Below are positions 1 through 9,249 of a stretch of 54,859 bases of DNA, one piece after another. The notes beneath the pieces were generated by a model, which saw only the letters and a list, made by a program, of their open reading frames with translations, was not told where the DNA came from and searched no databases. Each line of letters opens with the position of its first letter. Positions within the stretch are counted from its first letter, which is position 1. Source of the stretch: Candidatus Firestoneibacteriota bacterium (GTDB taxonomy: Bacteria; Oederibacteriota; D2-FULL-39-29; JBDRBU01). The stretch spans positions 1 through 54,859 of the forward strand of contig JBDRBU010000107.1 in NCBI GenBank assembly GCA_043822305.1, read 5' to 3'. Position numbers and translations under genes: made by a program.

Positions 1-1
1 A

Positions 2-137
2 AATTTCTCAAAGATTTCATCTTATAGATTGAAGAAAGTCGAAGATCTATTAAACGATCGTCCAAGAGAAGTGCTTGATTGGCATACACCAAAAGAAGTA
101 TTTACTGAAACCGTTGCACTAGGGACTTGAATGTAAG
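2..137 (+). mobile_element. IS30-family transposase C-terminal fragment (2..130) and probable right end of the IS (~137); element runs off the left edge
   Basis: Frame 2 reads NFSKISSYRLKKVEDLLNDRPREVLDWHTPKEVFTETVALGT*, matching the IS30 C-terminal LNxRPRxxLxWxTPxEVF...VAL pattern. It ends in GTTGCACTAGGGACTTGAATGTAAG, an IS30-type terminal sequence overlapping the stop. Confidence 0.85.
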
Positions 138-211
138 CAGACACTATTTTTGTAAATCCTCACCGAACACTGTCATTGTGAACGGGTAGTGAAATAATCT
201 CAATGATTTTA

Positions 212-285
212 TGGAGTGCAACAACGATGTTGTTGCATATGCAAAATCACCGATTTTGCACTCCAAAGTTTAAATGCAAGGTAAT
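212..285. repeat. Double-hairpin REP-like element, GGAGTGC...GCACTCC family, copy 1
   Basis: TGGAG-TGCAACAAC gat GTTGTTGCA-TA-TGCAAAATC acc GATTTTGCA-CTCCA. A near-identical inverted copy lies at 40366..40424. Confidence 0.85.
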
Positions 286-316
286 GATGTTCACTGAATA
301 CTTACCTATTTTTCAG

Positions 317-1924
317 TCACTGTCCCAAATTTTTTATCCTTTTGTAATTCTCTTTTGCTTCAAACTGATCCGGGTTTATCTGTAATGCTTTCTTATAACT
401 TTCTAACGCTTTGGCGATATCATTTAATTGGAAATAATTATTTCCCAGCATAACATACGATTCCACCTTGCTTTCATTATGACTGATTGCTTTCAAACAG
501 TACTCCAAAGATTTCTTATAATCTTTATCTTTATAACATTTCAGACATAAACCATAATAAATATTAGATATTTTTTCTTTTACCATTAGAATAGAATTTC
601 TATCCGGATGCCAGTTTGCTTGAGGATAATATTCTACAGATTTTTCATAATGCTGTAATGCTTTATCATTCTCTTTAAGACTCTCGTAATATTCTCCAAG
701 ATTATAATTCGCCCTGACATTATCCGGTTGATATTTTAAAACAACATTCCATAATGAAAAATTATCCTTCCAATCATAATTCCGGCTAAAAGTAATCATT
801 CCAAAAATAATTAGAATAACAGAACCAAGAACTAAGAGTACCGTATTGCCAAAATTTCTAAATTTAGGGTAAATCCATATGGCTAAAATACTTAAACTAA
901 TAGAAGGTAAGTATAAAAACCTTTCTCCTATCAATGTTCCAATTGATATTATGTTAGAAACCGGTAAAATTGTAATAAAAAACCAAATTATTGAAAATGA
1001 TATTATTTTTTGCTTATCTTTAAATCTATAAGCAATAAAGAGCAAAACAACTATTAAAATAAGTGGAATAAAAACATCTAATTTAAACAAGGAATTACCC
1101 AGAGGGAAATCACTATAATCAGGAGTTAATGGGTATGGCCAAAACAAGAGTTTTAAATAGTGTCCTAAAACCTGAAACACTATAAATATTCTTTGGGGAA
1201 AATTTTGCTGGCTCAATATACCAGTTTGATGAGCAGATACTAATCCACCTAAGACTGTAGTTCTTATAATGAAATAAATGGCAATAACAATTAAAAATCC
1301 AATATAGTGTTTTTTTTCGCATTTCTTTTTAAATATAAACTCAGATGAAAACAAGACTAAAGGTAAAGTTATAGCCATTTCTTTTGAAAGTAAAGCCAGA
1401 AAAAAAGTTATAAGACAACCGAAGTATTTATTTTTAATATACAGCCACAATGTTAAAAGATAAAAAAATGTTGCGAGTAGTTCAGTTCTACCCACAATCA
1501 TATTTACGGCCTCAGTATGAACAGGATGGAATGAAAACAATAAAGCAGATAGTAGGTAGTAAGTCGAAGGTAAAGATTTAAAAAAACTAACTAATATTAA
1601 AAACAATAAGACTGAATTTAAGTCGTTTAATATTATATTTGTAAGGTGAAAGCCAAAAGGGTTATGGCTCCAGATAGCATAATCTATTGCAAATGAACTA
1701 ATAACCAATGGCCTGTATAAAAAAACTCCTTTTCCATATGGAGTATTTGCCCAATAGTTTGAGACAAAAATCTTTGGAAGATTACCAAGATTTCTTATTA
1801 AGGCATTACTCTCTACAATAGGTTTGTCATCCATTAAAAAAATATTCTGTAAAGAATTAAAGTAAATCAGTGTTGAGAGTAAAAATATTATTATACAAAT
1901 GCAAACAGATTTAGATAGATTCAT
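317..1924 (-). CDS. TMTC-like GT-C membrane glycosyltransferase (putative protein O-mannosyltransferase) with C-terminal TPRs
   Basis: FLMDD acidic pair after TM1, then YRPL, FHLTN, LFxFHPVHTEAVxxIVGRTELL, SKE, LTPDYS and GERFLYLPS; multiple TM helices followed by TPR repeats. Confidence 0.85.
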   Translation of the reverse strand: MNLSKSVCICIIIFLLSTLIYFNSLQNIFLMDDKPIVESNALIRNLGNLPKIFVSNYWANTPYGKGVFLYRPLVISSFAIDYAIWSHNPFGFHLTNIILNDLNSVLLFLILVSFFKSLPSTYYLLSALLFSFHPVHTEAVNMIVGRTELLATFFYLLTLWLYIKNKYFGCLITFFLALLSKEMAITLPLVLFSSEFIFKKKCEKKHYIGFLIVIAIYFIIRTTVLGGLVSAHQTGILSQQNFPQRIFIVFQVLGHYLKLLFWPYPLTPDYSDFPLGNSLFKLDVFIPLILIVVLLFIAYRFKDKQKIISFSIIWFFITILPVSNIISIGTLIGERFLYLPSISLSILAIWIYPKFRNFGNTVLLVLGSVILIIFGMITFSRNYDWKDNFSLWNVVLKYQPDNVRANYNLGEYYESLKENDKALQHYEKSVEYYPQANWHPDRNSILMVKEKISNIYYGLCLKCYKDKDYKKSLEYCLKAISHNESKVESYVMLGNNYFQLNDIAKALESYKKALQINPDQFEAKENYKRIKNLGQ

Positions 1925-1969
1925 ATCTTCGCTTTTTTCACTTTCTTTACTTTCCTTGCTTTTTTTACT

Positions 1970-4216
1970 TTATTTGCTTCCTTTTACTCTTTGTAAATTA
2001 ACTTTTGCATCACGAAAATCAGGTTTTATTTTCAATGTTTTTTCCCATAATTCTATTGCTTTCTCTTTATGACCACTTAAAAAATAGGCCACGGCTATAT
2101 TATTATACGCTTCAACATAATCGGGTTTTAATGAAATCGCCTTTTCAAATGATGATATTGCTTCTTTAAAATCATTAGTCTCATTATAGGCCACACCTAA
2201 ATTATAATATGAATCAGGATTACCTGGATTCATGCCAATAGCCTTTAATAATTCATTAATGGCTAATTCAAAATCTTTATTCTTAATATATAAATTACCC
2301 AGATTATTACAAGCATCTGAATAATTAGGGTTAATTCTCAAAGCCTCCCTATATTCTTTGATAGCATCTTCTATCATTCCTTTTTTACTTAAAGATAACC
2401 CTAAATTATAATGTGCAACCGCCGAGGATGGATTCGCCATTATGGCCTTATTGTAATTTTCTATAGATTTATCAATTAATCCTTTAGTTTCATAAATTAT
2501 ACCAATATTATTACTAACCCATGATATATCGTGGCCTATCTCCTGTGCTTTATCAAACATCCCAAAGGCTAAATCATCCTGTTTTTTCTCAAAATAATAT
2601 TCTCCCTGTGAAAAATAATATTGGGCCATGATATCTCTGACAAGATATTCTTTATATATTTTTTTATCTTCTATCCCATCAAAATTATAAATTTCAAAAT
2701 AATCTTTATCTGTTTTTTTATTTAAGGCAAACATTATACCCGTTAACTTTGCTTTATCTTTCATCCATTGATACATACTGCTTGTTCTTAAAAAATAAAC
2801 AGGTCTTTGTGTCGTATTCACCATATTCATCTGAACCTTTTTTCTTCTTTCCTGATGTTCTTTCATGCTTAATTTTAACATATCATCCCTGTATATATTC
2901 TCAAATACACAACCTAAATCCTCGTAGATAGTCACATCTTCTCTTACACCTTCTACTTTTTTAAAATAGGCAAGTATAAATACTTCATTATCCTGAGATG
3001 CAAACAATATAGAATTTTTCTCTGGGGTTTTTAACATATTTATCCCGTAATTATAGGCTATGTAATTCTTGCTTCTATCATTTTCAAAATAATTAAATCC
3101 TAAAGGCAACAGGAAAGTGAAAGAAGTGAATAAAGTGACAAAAGTAGAAAAAGATTTATTTTTAAACAATGCGATAAAATAACAAAAACCAAAAAAAAGC
3201 CAGATAGCAGAAACCAGATAGGCGGGAATATAAAAAACTTCTATCACCTCTAAATCATTTCTATTCATTTTAGGATTTATCAATAAAATCATAACAATAG
3301 TAAAAGTTAAAAAAATAAATAAAGTATAAATAAATATCTTTTTATTATTCTTATATAAATAAAATAAACCTAAAATTACATACGGAACAAGAAAAATAGT
3401 AAACTGGGAAATGTATGTTTTAAGAAAAGTTAAAATCTGTTGAGAAAATAAATATAATGTTATTTCTCCTTTGGCAAACCCTCCATACTGTTTTCTAAAA
3501 ACTAAATCTAATAATCCCTGCCAAGAAGTAATATTTCCCCAATTCATAGACGGATTAGAGATGGCTCTAATTGGTAAATATAAATAAAATGATAATCCTA
3601 TTAAAAATAGTAATACTATCTTCCAAAAATTCTTTACAAGCAAATCTTTCTGCCAAAAATATAAAAAGATAAAAGAAATTACAACTATGGCCAAGGATGT
3701 ATGATGGTTAGTTAAAATCAGTCCAGAAAATAAGGCAAAAACAAGTAGAGAAGCACCATCTTTATTAAATATAATCCTTAAAAACAAAATTAAAAGTATA
3801 ATCAATAAAAATGAGTTTAAAGTGTAAATTCCGCCTTTGGCTATAACACTTTGACACCAGAAAGTCCTGGAAAAAGCAAAGATTAAAGAAGTGGAGAAAG
3901 CGAGAAAAGTGGAAGAAGTGGATAAAGTAAAGGAAGTGAAAAAAGTAGATAAAGTGAGAAAAAATATAAGTACTGTGGCACTACCGAAGAATACAGCAAC
4001 AAGATTTACTCTATATGCAATATTACTTAAAGGTAAATATGTAAAAATTTTCCCTAAAAAACAATATAAAGGATATCCGGGAGGATGAGCAATTCCCATT
4101 GAATAACAAGCAGCAATTATCTCCCCGCTATCACCAACATATACGGAGGGACAAATTGTTGATAAATAAACAATAAGAACAACCACTAACAAAAGAATTG
4201 CAGATAAATTTTTCAC
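1970..4216 (-). CDS. TMEM260/DUF2723-family GT-C glycosyltransferase with long TPR array
   Basis: GDSGE and IAHPPGYPLY motifs, NHH, YLYLPIRA, many TMs, ~7 TPRs. Start placed at GTG 4216 (GTGA overlap with the upstream stop) rather than 4246. Confidence 0.85.
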   Translation of the reverse strand: MKNLSAILLLVVVLIVYLSTICPSVYVGDSGEIIAACYSMGIAHPPGYPLYCFLGKIFTYLPLSNIAYRVNLVAVFFGSATVLIFFLTLSTFFTSFTLSTSSTFLAFSTSLIFAFSRTFWCQSVIAKGGIYTLNSFLLIILLILFLRIIFNKDGASLLVFALFSGLILTNHHTSLAIVVISFIFLYFWQKDLLVKNFWKIVLLFLIGLSFYLYLPIRAISNPSMNWGNITSWQGLLDLVFRKQYGGFAKGEITLYLFSQQILTFLKTYISQFTIFLVPYVILGLFYLYKNNKKIFIYTLFIFLTFTIVMILLINPKMNRNDLEVIEVFYIPAYLVSAIWLFFGFCYFIALFKNKSFSTFVTLFTSFTFLLPLGFNYFENDRSKNYIAYNYGINMLKTPEKNSILFASQDNEVFILAYFKKVEGVREDVTIYEDLGCVFENIYRDDMLKLSMKEHQERRKKVQMNMVNTTQRPVYFLRTSSMYQWMKDKAKLTGIMFALNKKTDKDYFEIYNFDGIEDKKIYKEYLVRDIMAQYYFSQGEYYFEKKQDDLAFGMFDKAQEIGHDISWVSNNIGIIYETKGLIDKSIENYNKAIMANPSSAVAHYNLGLSLSKKGMIEDAIKEYREALRINPNYSDACNNLGNLYIKNKDFELAINELLKAIGMNPGNPDSYYNLGVAYNETNDFKEAISSFEKAISLKPDYVEAYNNIAVAYFLSGHKEKAIELWEKTLKIKPDFRDAKVNLQRVKGSK
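3888..3959. repeat. 9-bp minisatellite, 8 units of RAAGTRRAR, inside the TMEM260-like CDS
   Basis: gaagtggag aaagcgaga aaagtggaa gaagtggat aaagtaaag gaagtgaaa aaagtagat aaagtgaga. Other arrays lie at 1932-1970, 3114-3153, 33580-33615, within grpE and at 48913-48966. Confidence 0.8.
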
Positions 4217-5637
4217 CTTATAATATAATCTTTTATAATTGTCCATCCTGATTTAATATTACGCTTTAAATCATTAAAATTTCTGATTATTCTAACTCTA
4301 CTTAAAATATATTTAAACCTTAAATAAAATTTCCTGAATGCTCTTTTTGACATTTCATCCAAATCTTTTTTATTTAAACCGCTGGGTATATACGAAGGCA
4401 AATATTCTTCCCCTCTCATATATCTTCTCCAAACTAAAGGATGCTTTATTATCCCTTCTTTTATTGCTTCATCACAGAGAATAGACCCAGGTAATATAGT
4501 CGTAATATAAAAAGCAGCATAGTTTGGAGATAATTTACAAGTAAATTTTATTGATTCTTCCATCTCTTTAATTGTTTCTGTTGGATGACCAAACATAACA
4601 AAAGCATTTGTCTCCATACCTAACTCATGACACCATTTAAATGCTTTTATATAATCTTCATTTTTTACTTTTTTATTAATTAAATATCTAATTCTCTCAG
4701 AACCAGTTTCAACTCCAAATGATACTTTTATACAACCTGAATCTTTCATAACCTTTAAGAGTTCAGCATCCACTAAATCAGCACGAGTCTGACAACCCCA
4801 AGACACCTTTATTTTTTCGTCAATAACCTTCTCACAAAACTGCCTTGTTCTGTCCTTATTAAGCGTAAAGGTATCATCCTCAAAGTTTATATATTTCACT
4901 TCATATTTATTGATAACTTCTTTAACTTCTTTTATAATATTCTCAAGACTTCTAACTCTATACTCTTTACCAACCGCTGGTCTAGAACAATAAGCACAAT
5001 TAAATGGGCAACCTCGCGCAGTAATCATTGAAGTAATCCTTCCACTTATCACTGGACTAAAGTATTTATCATTATCAATTAAATCTCTTGCTGGAAAAGG
5101 TAAAGCATCTAAATCATCAGGTACTTTCTTTTTATTAATTTTAATAATTCCGTTATTATTGTACACTAACCCATCTATTTCATCGAATTCACCCTGATCT
5201 CTAACGAGTCTTTTACACAACTTAAGAAATCCATATTCCGCTTCTCCAATAAAACCATATTGGACATCCATATCTTCTATAATTTCCGGGTCTATGGATA
5301 TATGTGCTCCTCCAAGGACTATTTCACATTTAATATTTTCACTCTTTATTCTTTTTATAATTGAATAAACTGTTCTTATCAAAGGAGTAGTCACAGTAAT
5401 ACCAACTATAAAAGGTTTTTTATCCTTAATAATATCAATAATATTCTCTACATTTAACATTTCAACAGAAGCATCAAGAATTTCAACAGAAAAATTTTCT
5501 TTTTTCAGGAAAGATGCAAGATAACCTAAGCCAAGATGTGGATACCTTACATAAAATCCGCCTTGTTTTTTTTTACTTTTTAATTTTACAATCTCTGTAA
5601 AACTGTATGGAGGGTCTATGAGCAAAATCTCTGGCAT
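4213..5637 (-). CDS. B12-binding domain radical SAM protein (class B methyltransferase-like)
   Basis: N-terminal PHLGLGYLAS...VLGGAH...GEAE cobalamin-binding domain; RGCPFNCAYC (CxxxCxxC); EDDTF; GVETGS. Confidence 0.9.
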   Translation of the reverse strand: MPEILLIDPPYSFTEIVKLKSKKKQGGFYVRYPHLGLGYLASFLKKENFSVEILDASVEMLNVENIIDIIKDKKPFIVGITVTTPLIRTVYSIIKRIKSENIKCEIVLGGAHISIDPEIIEDMDVQYGFIGEAEYGFLKLCKRLVRDQGEFDEIDGLVYNNNGIIKINKKKVPDDLDALPFPARDLIDNDKYFSPVISGRITSMITARGCPFNCAYCSRPAVGKEYRVRSLENIIKEVKEVINKYEVKYINFEDDTFTLNKDRTRQFCEKVIDEKIKVSWGCQTRADLVDAELLKVMKDSGCIKVSFGVETGSERIRYLINKKVKNEDYIKAFKWCHELGMETNAFVMFGHPTETIKEMEESIKFTCKLSPNYAAFYITTILPGSILCDEAIKEGIIKHPLVWRRYMRGEEYLPSYIPSGLNKKDLDEMSKRAFRKFYLRFKYILSRVRIIRNFNDLKRNIKSGWTIIKDYIIR

Positions 5638-5677
5638 ATTTAATATTTCTCACAAATTAATCTTATCATGTTCTTAC

Positions 5678-6760
5678 TCACTTTTGACCTTGCTCTCTTA
5701 GTTTTTTATATGTTTCAATCAAACTCCTGTCCAGTTCAATTTCACGCTTTAATTCTTCTTTTGTCGGTAAATATAGTTTGTATTTTGAAGCAAAAATTCG
5801 CTTACTTCCACTTAGAAGGGTGTATTTAACCATCGTTTGGTTTTTATCCGAACAAAGGATAATTCCGATTGTTGGATTATCGTCTGGCTGTTTGATTTCT
5901 TTCTCAACATATCGAACATAGAAATCCATCTGTCCAATATCCTGATGCATGAGTTTTCCAAGTTTCAAATCAATGATGACGAAACACTTCAAAATGTAGT
6001 TATAAAATACAAGGTCAATGTAGAAATGTTCGTTTTCAACAGTTATCCTTTTCTGTCTTGCTACAAATGTGAATCCCTTGCCTAATTCCAGGATAAATTC
6101 TTGCAAATGGTCAATTAATGCTTGTTCAAGTTGTGTTTCCTTAAATTGATGTCTTTCTGAAATACCGAGAAATTCAAGAACATATGGATCTTTTACTGCA
6201 TCCTCTGGTTTTTCAATTACCTGTCCTTTTTGTGCAAGTTTCAGAACACCTTTTTTGTCTTTACTTAATGAAATTCTTTCAAACAGGAGAGAATTAATCT
6301 GTCGGTCAAGTTCTCTTGTTGACCAATTATTTTTTACAGTTTCCAATTCATAAAATTTTCTTGCAGTTTCATTTTCAACTCTCATTAAGATGCGAAAGTG
6401 CGTCCAACTCAATTGGCTACGCAGTGCGTATCTTTTTTCTCTTAAAGATTGGCCACGCAGTACATAGAGTTTAAGATAAACAAGATAAAACTGTCTCATA
6501 TTTTTAAGATTAGATGTTGTGAATCCTTTACCAAATTTTTTAACCAAATCATCAGATAATCGTTTAATTAAATATTCTCCATATCTTGCTCTTTGTCTAC
6601 CTTTCTGTTCTTCTTCAACAATAATTTTTCCTATTTCCCAGTATGTTTGAGTTATAATTGTATTTATTTGTCTGATTGTCTTTTTTCTCGCACATTCAAT
6701 TATTTCTGAAATATTATTAAGAATATTATCGTAATTTGATATCTTAGATGGTAATGTCAT
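5678..6760 (-). CDS. YhcG/DUF1016 PD-(D/E)XK nuclease domain protein
   Basis: YWEIGKIIVEEEQ, LSWTHF, WSTRELDRQI, KDPYVLEFL, ELGKGFTFVARQ, DIGQMDFYV, ASKYKLYLP. Confidence 0.92.
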   Translation of the reverse strand: MTLPSKISNYDNILNNISEIIECARKKTIRQINTIITQTYWEIGKIIVEEEQKGRQRARYGEYLIKRLSDDLVKKFGKGFTTSNLKNMRQFYLVYLKLYVLRGQSLREKRYALRSQLSWTHFRILMRVENETARKFYELETVKNNWSTRELDRQINSLLFERISLSKDKKGVLKLAQKGQVIEKPEDAVKDPYVLEFLGISERHQFKETQLEQALIDHLQEFILELGKGFTFVARQKRITVENEHFYIDLVFYNYILKCFVIIDLKLGKLMHQDIGQMDFYVRYVEKEIKQPDDNPTIGIILCSDKNQTMVKYTLLSGSKRIFASKYKLYLPTKEELKREIELDRSLIETYKKLREQGQK

Positions 6761-6804
6761 TTAGATTATCTCCTTATTAGATGCATTTTTGCGTTTTATT
6801 AAAA

Positions 6805-7458
6805 TTAGCACTTCTCGCAAATTAATACAATATCACTTGACATAAAATGAAACAACCTACCAGAATGTAAAAACAACCTTGAAAATATCTTACTTTTAAA
6901 AATAAACCAGTTTGCGATAGAATATCTTACCTGCATAATTCCAGTAATTTTTATTATCTTAAAACTATTTGCCTCGACAATCTCTTTTAACTCAGGTATA
7001 GTATATTCTTTAACATGATATTCATCACTCTTTGGCTTTAATACTTTTAATTTAACAAATACATCAGTTACTATTCTATTAGGTGTTGTTATTATACATT
7101 TCCCTTTTGGCTTCAATACACGGCATATCTCTTTTAATAATTTATTAGCATCATTTACATGCTCTATCACTTCTATTAATAAACAACCATCAAAATACTC
7201 ATTTTTAAAAGGGAGATTTAATCCATTTGCTTCTACTATATTTAATTCTGGATATCTCTTTCTTAATGTTTCCATACAATCTTTATCATTCTCAACACCT
7301 ATTACATCTTCAAAGTACTCTCTCGGATTAACTAACCCACAACCAATATCTATTACTTTACCTTTGATAAACTTTTTTGCATAATTATACTTAAATTTTG
7401 TACCTAATGATATAAAATTGTCTTCTAAAATATCATATCTTTCTGAGTTATCTTTCAT
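6805..7458 (-). CDS. Class I SAM-dependent methyltransferase
   Basis: VIDIGCG motif I, LPFKNEYFD, EVIEHV, RVLKPKG, TTPN. Confidence 0.88.
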   Translation of the reverse strand: MKDNSERYDILEDNFISLGTKFKYNYAKKFIKGKVIDIGCGLVNPREYFEDVIGVENDKDCMETLRKRYPELNIVEANGLNLPFKNEYFDGCLLIEVIEHVNDANKLLKEICRVLKPKGKCIITTPNRIVTDVFVKLKVLKPKSDEYHVKEYTIPELKEIVEANSFKIIKITGIMQVRYSIANWFIFKSKIFSRLFLHSGRLFHFMSSDIVLICEKC

Positions 7459-7483
7459 CTATTTTATCTGGGAGTGCCAAGAA

Positions 7484-7534
7484 TACCCCGTCTCTTGAGA
7501 CTGGGTGAACCCTGCACCATATTGATACAGGGTA
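7484..7534. repeat. Two adjacent short palindromes (ACCCCGTCTC..GAGACTGGGT and AACCCTGCACC..ACAGGGT)
   Basis: Imperfect inverted repeats in an intergenic gap. The second resembles the in-frame element at 15167..15193. Confidence 0.6.
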
Positions 7535-7595
7535 AATTGGCACAATTAATATTACATGATATATCCCCAACAAATAAAGGGAATTAATCATTTTG

Positions 7596-8378
7596 CTACT
7601 GAATATTAATACATTTTTTATAATCTGTCGAAATTTCACTTGAATTGAATGCACGATTATAGATACGAACTTCATCAATTATACCATTAATATATTCTCC
7701 ATTTGTTCTATGACCTATTTCCAGATTGCCTGTATTGGTAACTAATGGATTAGCAGTAAAGTTACCATTGATTGTATCTGCTAAAGTTCCATCAATATAA
7801 TATTTTATTTGATTATTAAGAACATCAACTATTGTTGCCACATAATACCATTGGCTCAAACTTAAAATGGTATCAGTTCCTCCTACCATATCTCTCCATG
7901 ATCCGTTAGAGTAATAAGTGAAATAATACTTTTTGGTACCCGCATAAAATCCGATTTTATAATTTGAATTTTCACCTTTGGCTAAAATTGTAGGAGACCA
8001 GCCTGCACTTCTTAAATAAACACAACTAATTATTGTAAAATTCGAGCCAATATTTAAACTGCTTGAGTGAGGCACAATAACGGTGCCATTATTATTAAAA
8101 TTTAAAGCATTTCCATATTTTCCTGTTGTCCATGTCGCTGTGCTGATAGTACCATTATTTCCATTCGTACTTGAATCATTAGCAGTATTTCCTGATCCTT
8201 CATCAAATTTCCAGTATCCTACCAAGTTAGTATCCGAAATGTCATTACCGCCACCACCTCCACCGACAATATTAACCGGATCAAATGGATTATCCCTGTT
8301 CATGTTTTGCGCACAGCTGATTAAAAATACAACGCAGATTGAAATGAATAATGTGAATTTTGCTGGTTTATGTATCAT
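7596..8378 (-). CDS. Lipoprotein with LamG/concanavalin A-like domain
   Basis: Lipobox FLISC, RDNPFDP linker, LVGYWKFDEGSG..A.DSS.NGN.G, G.IDEVRIYNRA. Confidence 0.85.
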   Translation of the reverse strand: MIHKPAKFTLFISICVVFLISCAQNMNRDNPFDPVNIVGGGGGGNDISDTNLVGYWKFDEGSGNTANDSSTNGNNGTISTATWTTGKYGNALNFNNNGTVIVPHSSSLNIGSNFTIISCVYLRSAGWSPTILAKGENSNYKIGFYAGTKKYYFTYYSNGSWRDMVGGTDTILSLSQWYYVATIVDVLNNQIKYYIDGTLADTINGNFTANPLVTNTGNLEIGHRTNGEYINGIIDEVRIYNRAFNSSEISTDYKKCINIQ

Positions 8379-8440
8379 TTTTTTTTGATTTATTTTCTTC
8401 GTATAAGTTATTTAAAGTTTAAATTATCTTTTAATAAAGC

Positions 8441-8472
8441 AAGTGGGCGCTGTCCCTACTTATGTCCTACTT
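8441..8472. repeat. GGGACA-core palindromic repeat
   Basis: Reverse complement AAGTAGGACAT-AAGTAGGGACAGCGCCCACTT; same architecture as 32622..32659. Confidence 0.7.
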
Positions 8473-8473
8473 A

Positions 8474-9208
8474 TTATTCGAGGTCCAAATCATCTTTTAA
8501 TTTTTTAATCTTCTCATCTCGGCGATTGTTTTCCTGCTTAATTTTTTGTGCCTTTTGTTCCTTAATCTCATCTTCTTTTTGCGCTTTCAAATCAGATTCC
8601 TTTTGTTTCTCAATGGTGCTATTTATATGCTGCATTTTATAATTATTACTGTTTGTTTCAACATATGTAAAACCCGTGGAACGGTATTCATGAACATATT
8701 CACGAGTTAGTTTTATTATACAACTGTTTTTCTCCCAATAACATCCGTCGGTTTTGCGTGAAAAGTCAGAACCCGCATTAAAGTTTTTATCTATTTCCTG
8801 GTAATCTTTGCCAATCTTACACACATATAATTCAACAATATCTTTCCAAGGAAACTTAGCGGAAACTTCTTTTATTAAAACTTCCTTATGCGAGATGGAA
8901 AAATTATACAATGTGCCTTTATAAAACTGAAATTCCGCATCACAACTAAATCCTTTTATGGGTGCTTTTGCGCTAATTGTCTCTTCGGTTGTTGTTTTTA
9001 TCTCTTTATATCTTGTATCATTTTTTATTTTATCCAGCACCACACTGTAAGCCATACCCAATTTTATCCCTCTAAAATCCATATCTTCCAGTTTACATGG
9101 CAAATTTCCAGTGTTTTCATTTTGTTTTATTTCTGCAACTACCGGACTATCCACCACGCATATACTTGTTATAAAAACAAGCATAGCCATAAACAACGAT
9201 TTATGCAT
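8474..9208 (-). CDS. Hypothetical exported protein with charged C-terminal coiled coil
   Basis: 244-aa ORF with an AGGAGG RBS and an N-terminal signal-like segment; no family recognised. Confidence 0.65.
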   Translation of the reverse strand: MHKSLFMAMLVFITSICVVDSPVVAEIKQNENTGNLPCKLEDMDFRGIKLGMAYSVVLDKIKNDTRYKEIKTTTEETISAKAPIKGFSCDAEFQFYKGTLYNFSISHKEVLIKEVSAKFPWKDIVELYVCKIGKDYQEIDKNFNAGSDFSRKTDGCYWEKNSCIIKLTREYVHEYRSTGFTYVETNSNNYKMQHINSTIEKQKESDLKAQKEDEIKEQKAQKIKQENNRRDEKIKKLKDDLDLE

Positions 9209-9249
9209 AAAAATCCTCCTTTTTTGAATGATTACCGTTCAAATTTATC

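Noticed and set aside
203-385. 60-aa plus-strand ORF
   Set aside because: It runs through the GGAGTGC palindrome and is antisense to the end of the TMTC-like gene; no protein features.
1547-1572. Heptamer-like repeat (AGATAGT AGGTAGT AAGTCGA) in the TMTC-like gene
   Set aside because: Only 2-3 degenerate units; too weak to call.
3891-4088. Plus-strand ORF MEKARKVEEVDKVKEV... resembling the GrpE tails
   Set aside because: It is the other-strand reading of the 9-bp minisatellite inside a conserved gene.
7448-7678. 76-aa minus-strand ORF
   Set aside because: It overlaps the LamG gene out of frame and crosses palindromic repeats; no recognisable motif.
8248-8265. Poly-Gly run in the LamG lipoprotein as a contingency repeat
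   Set aside because: The Gly codons are mixed, so this is a protein linker rather than a slippage tract.
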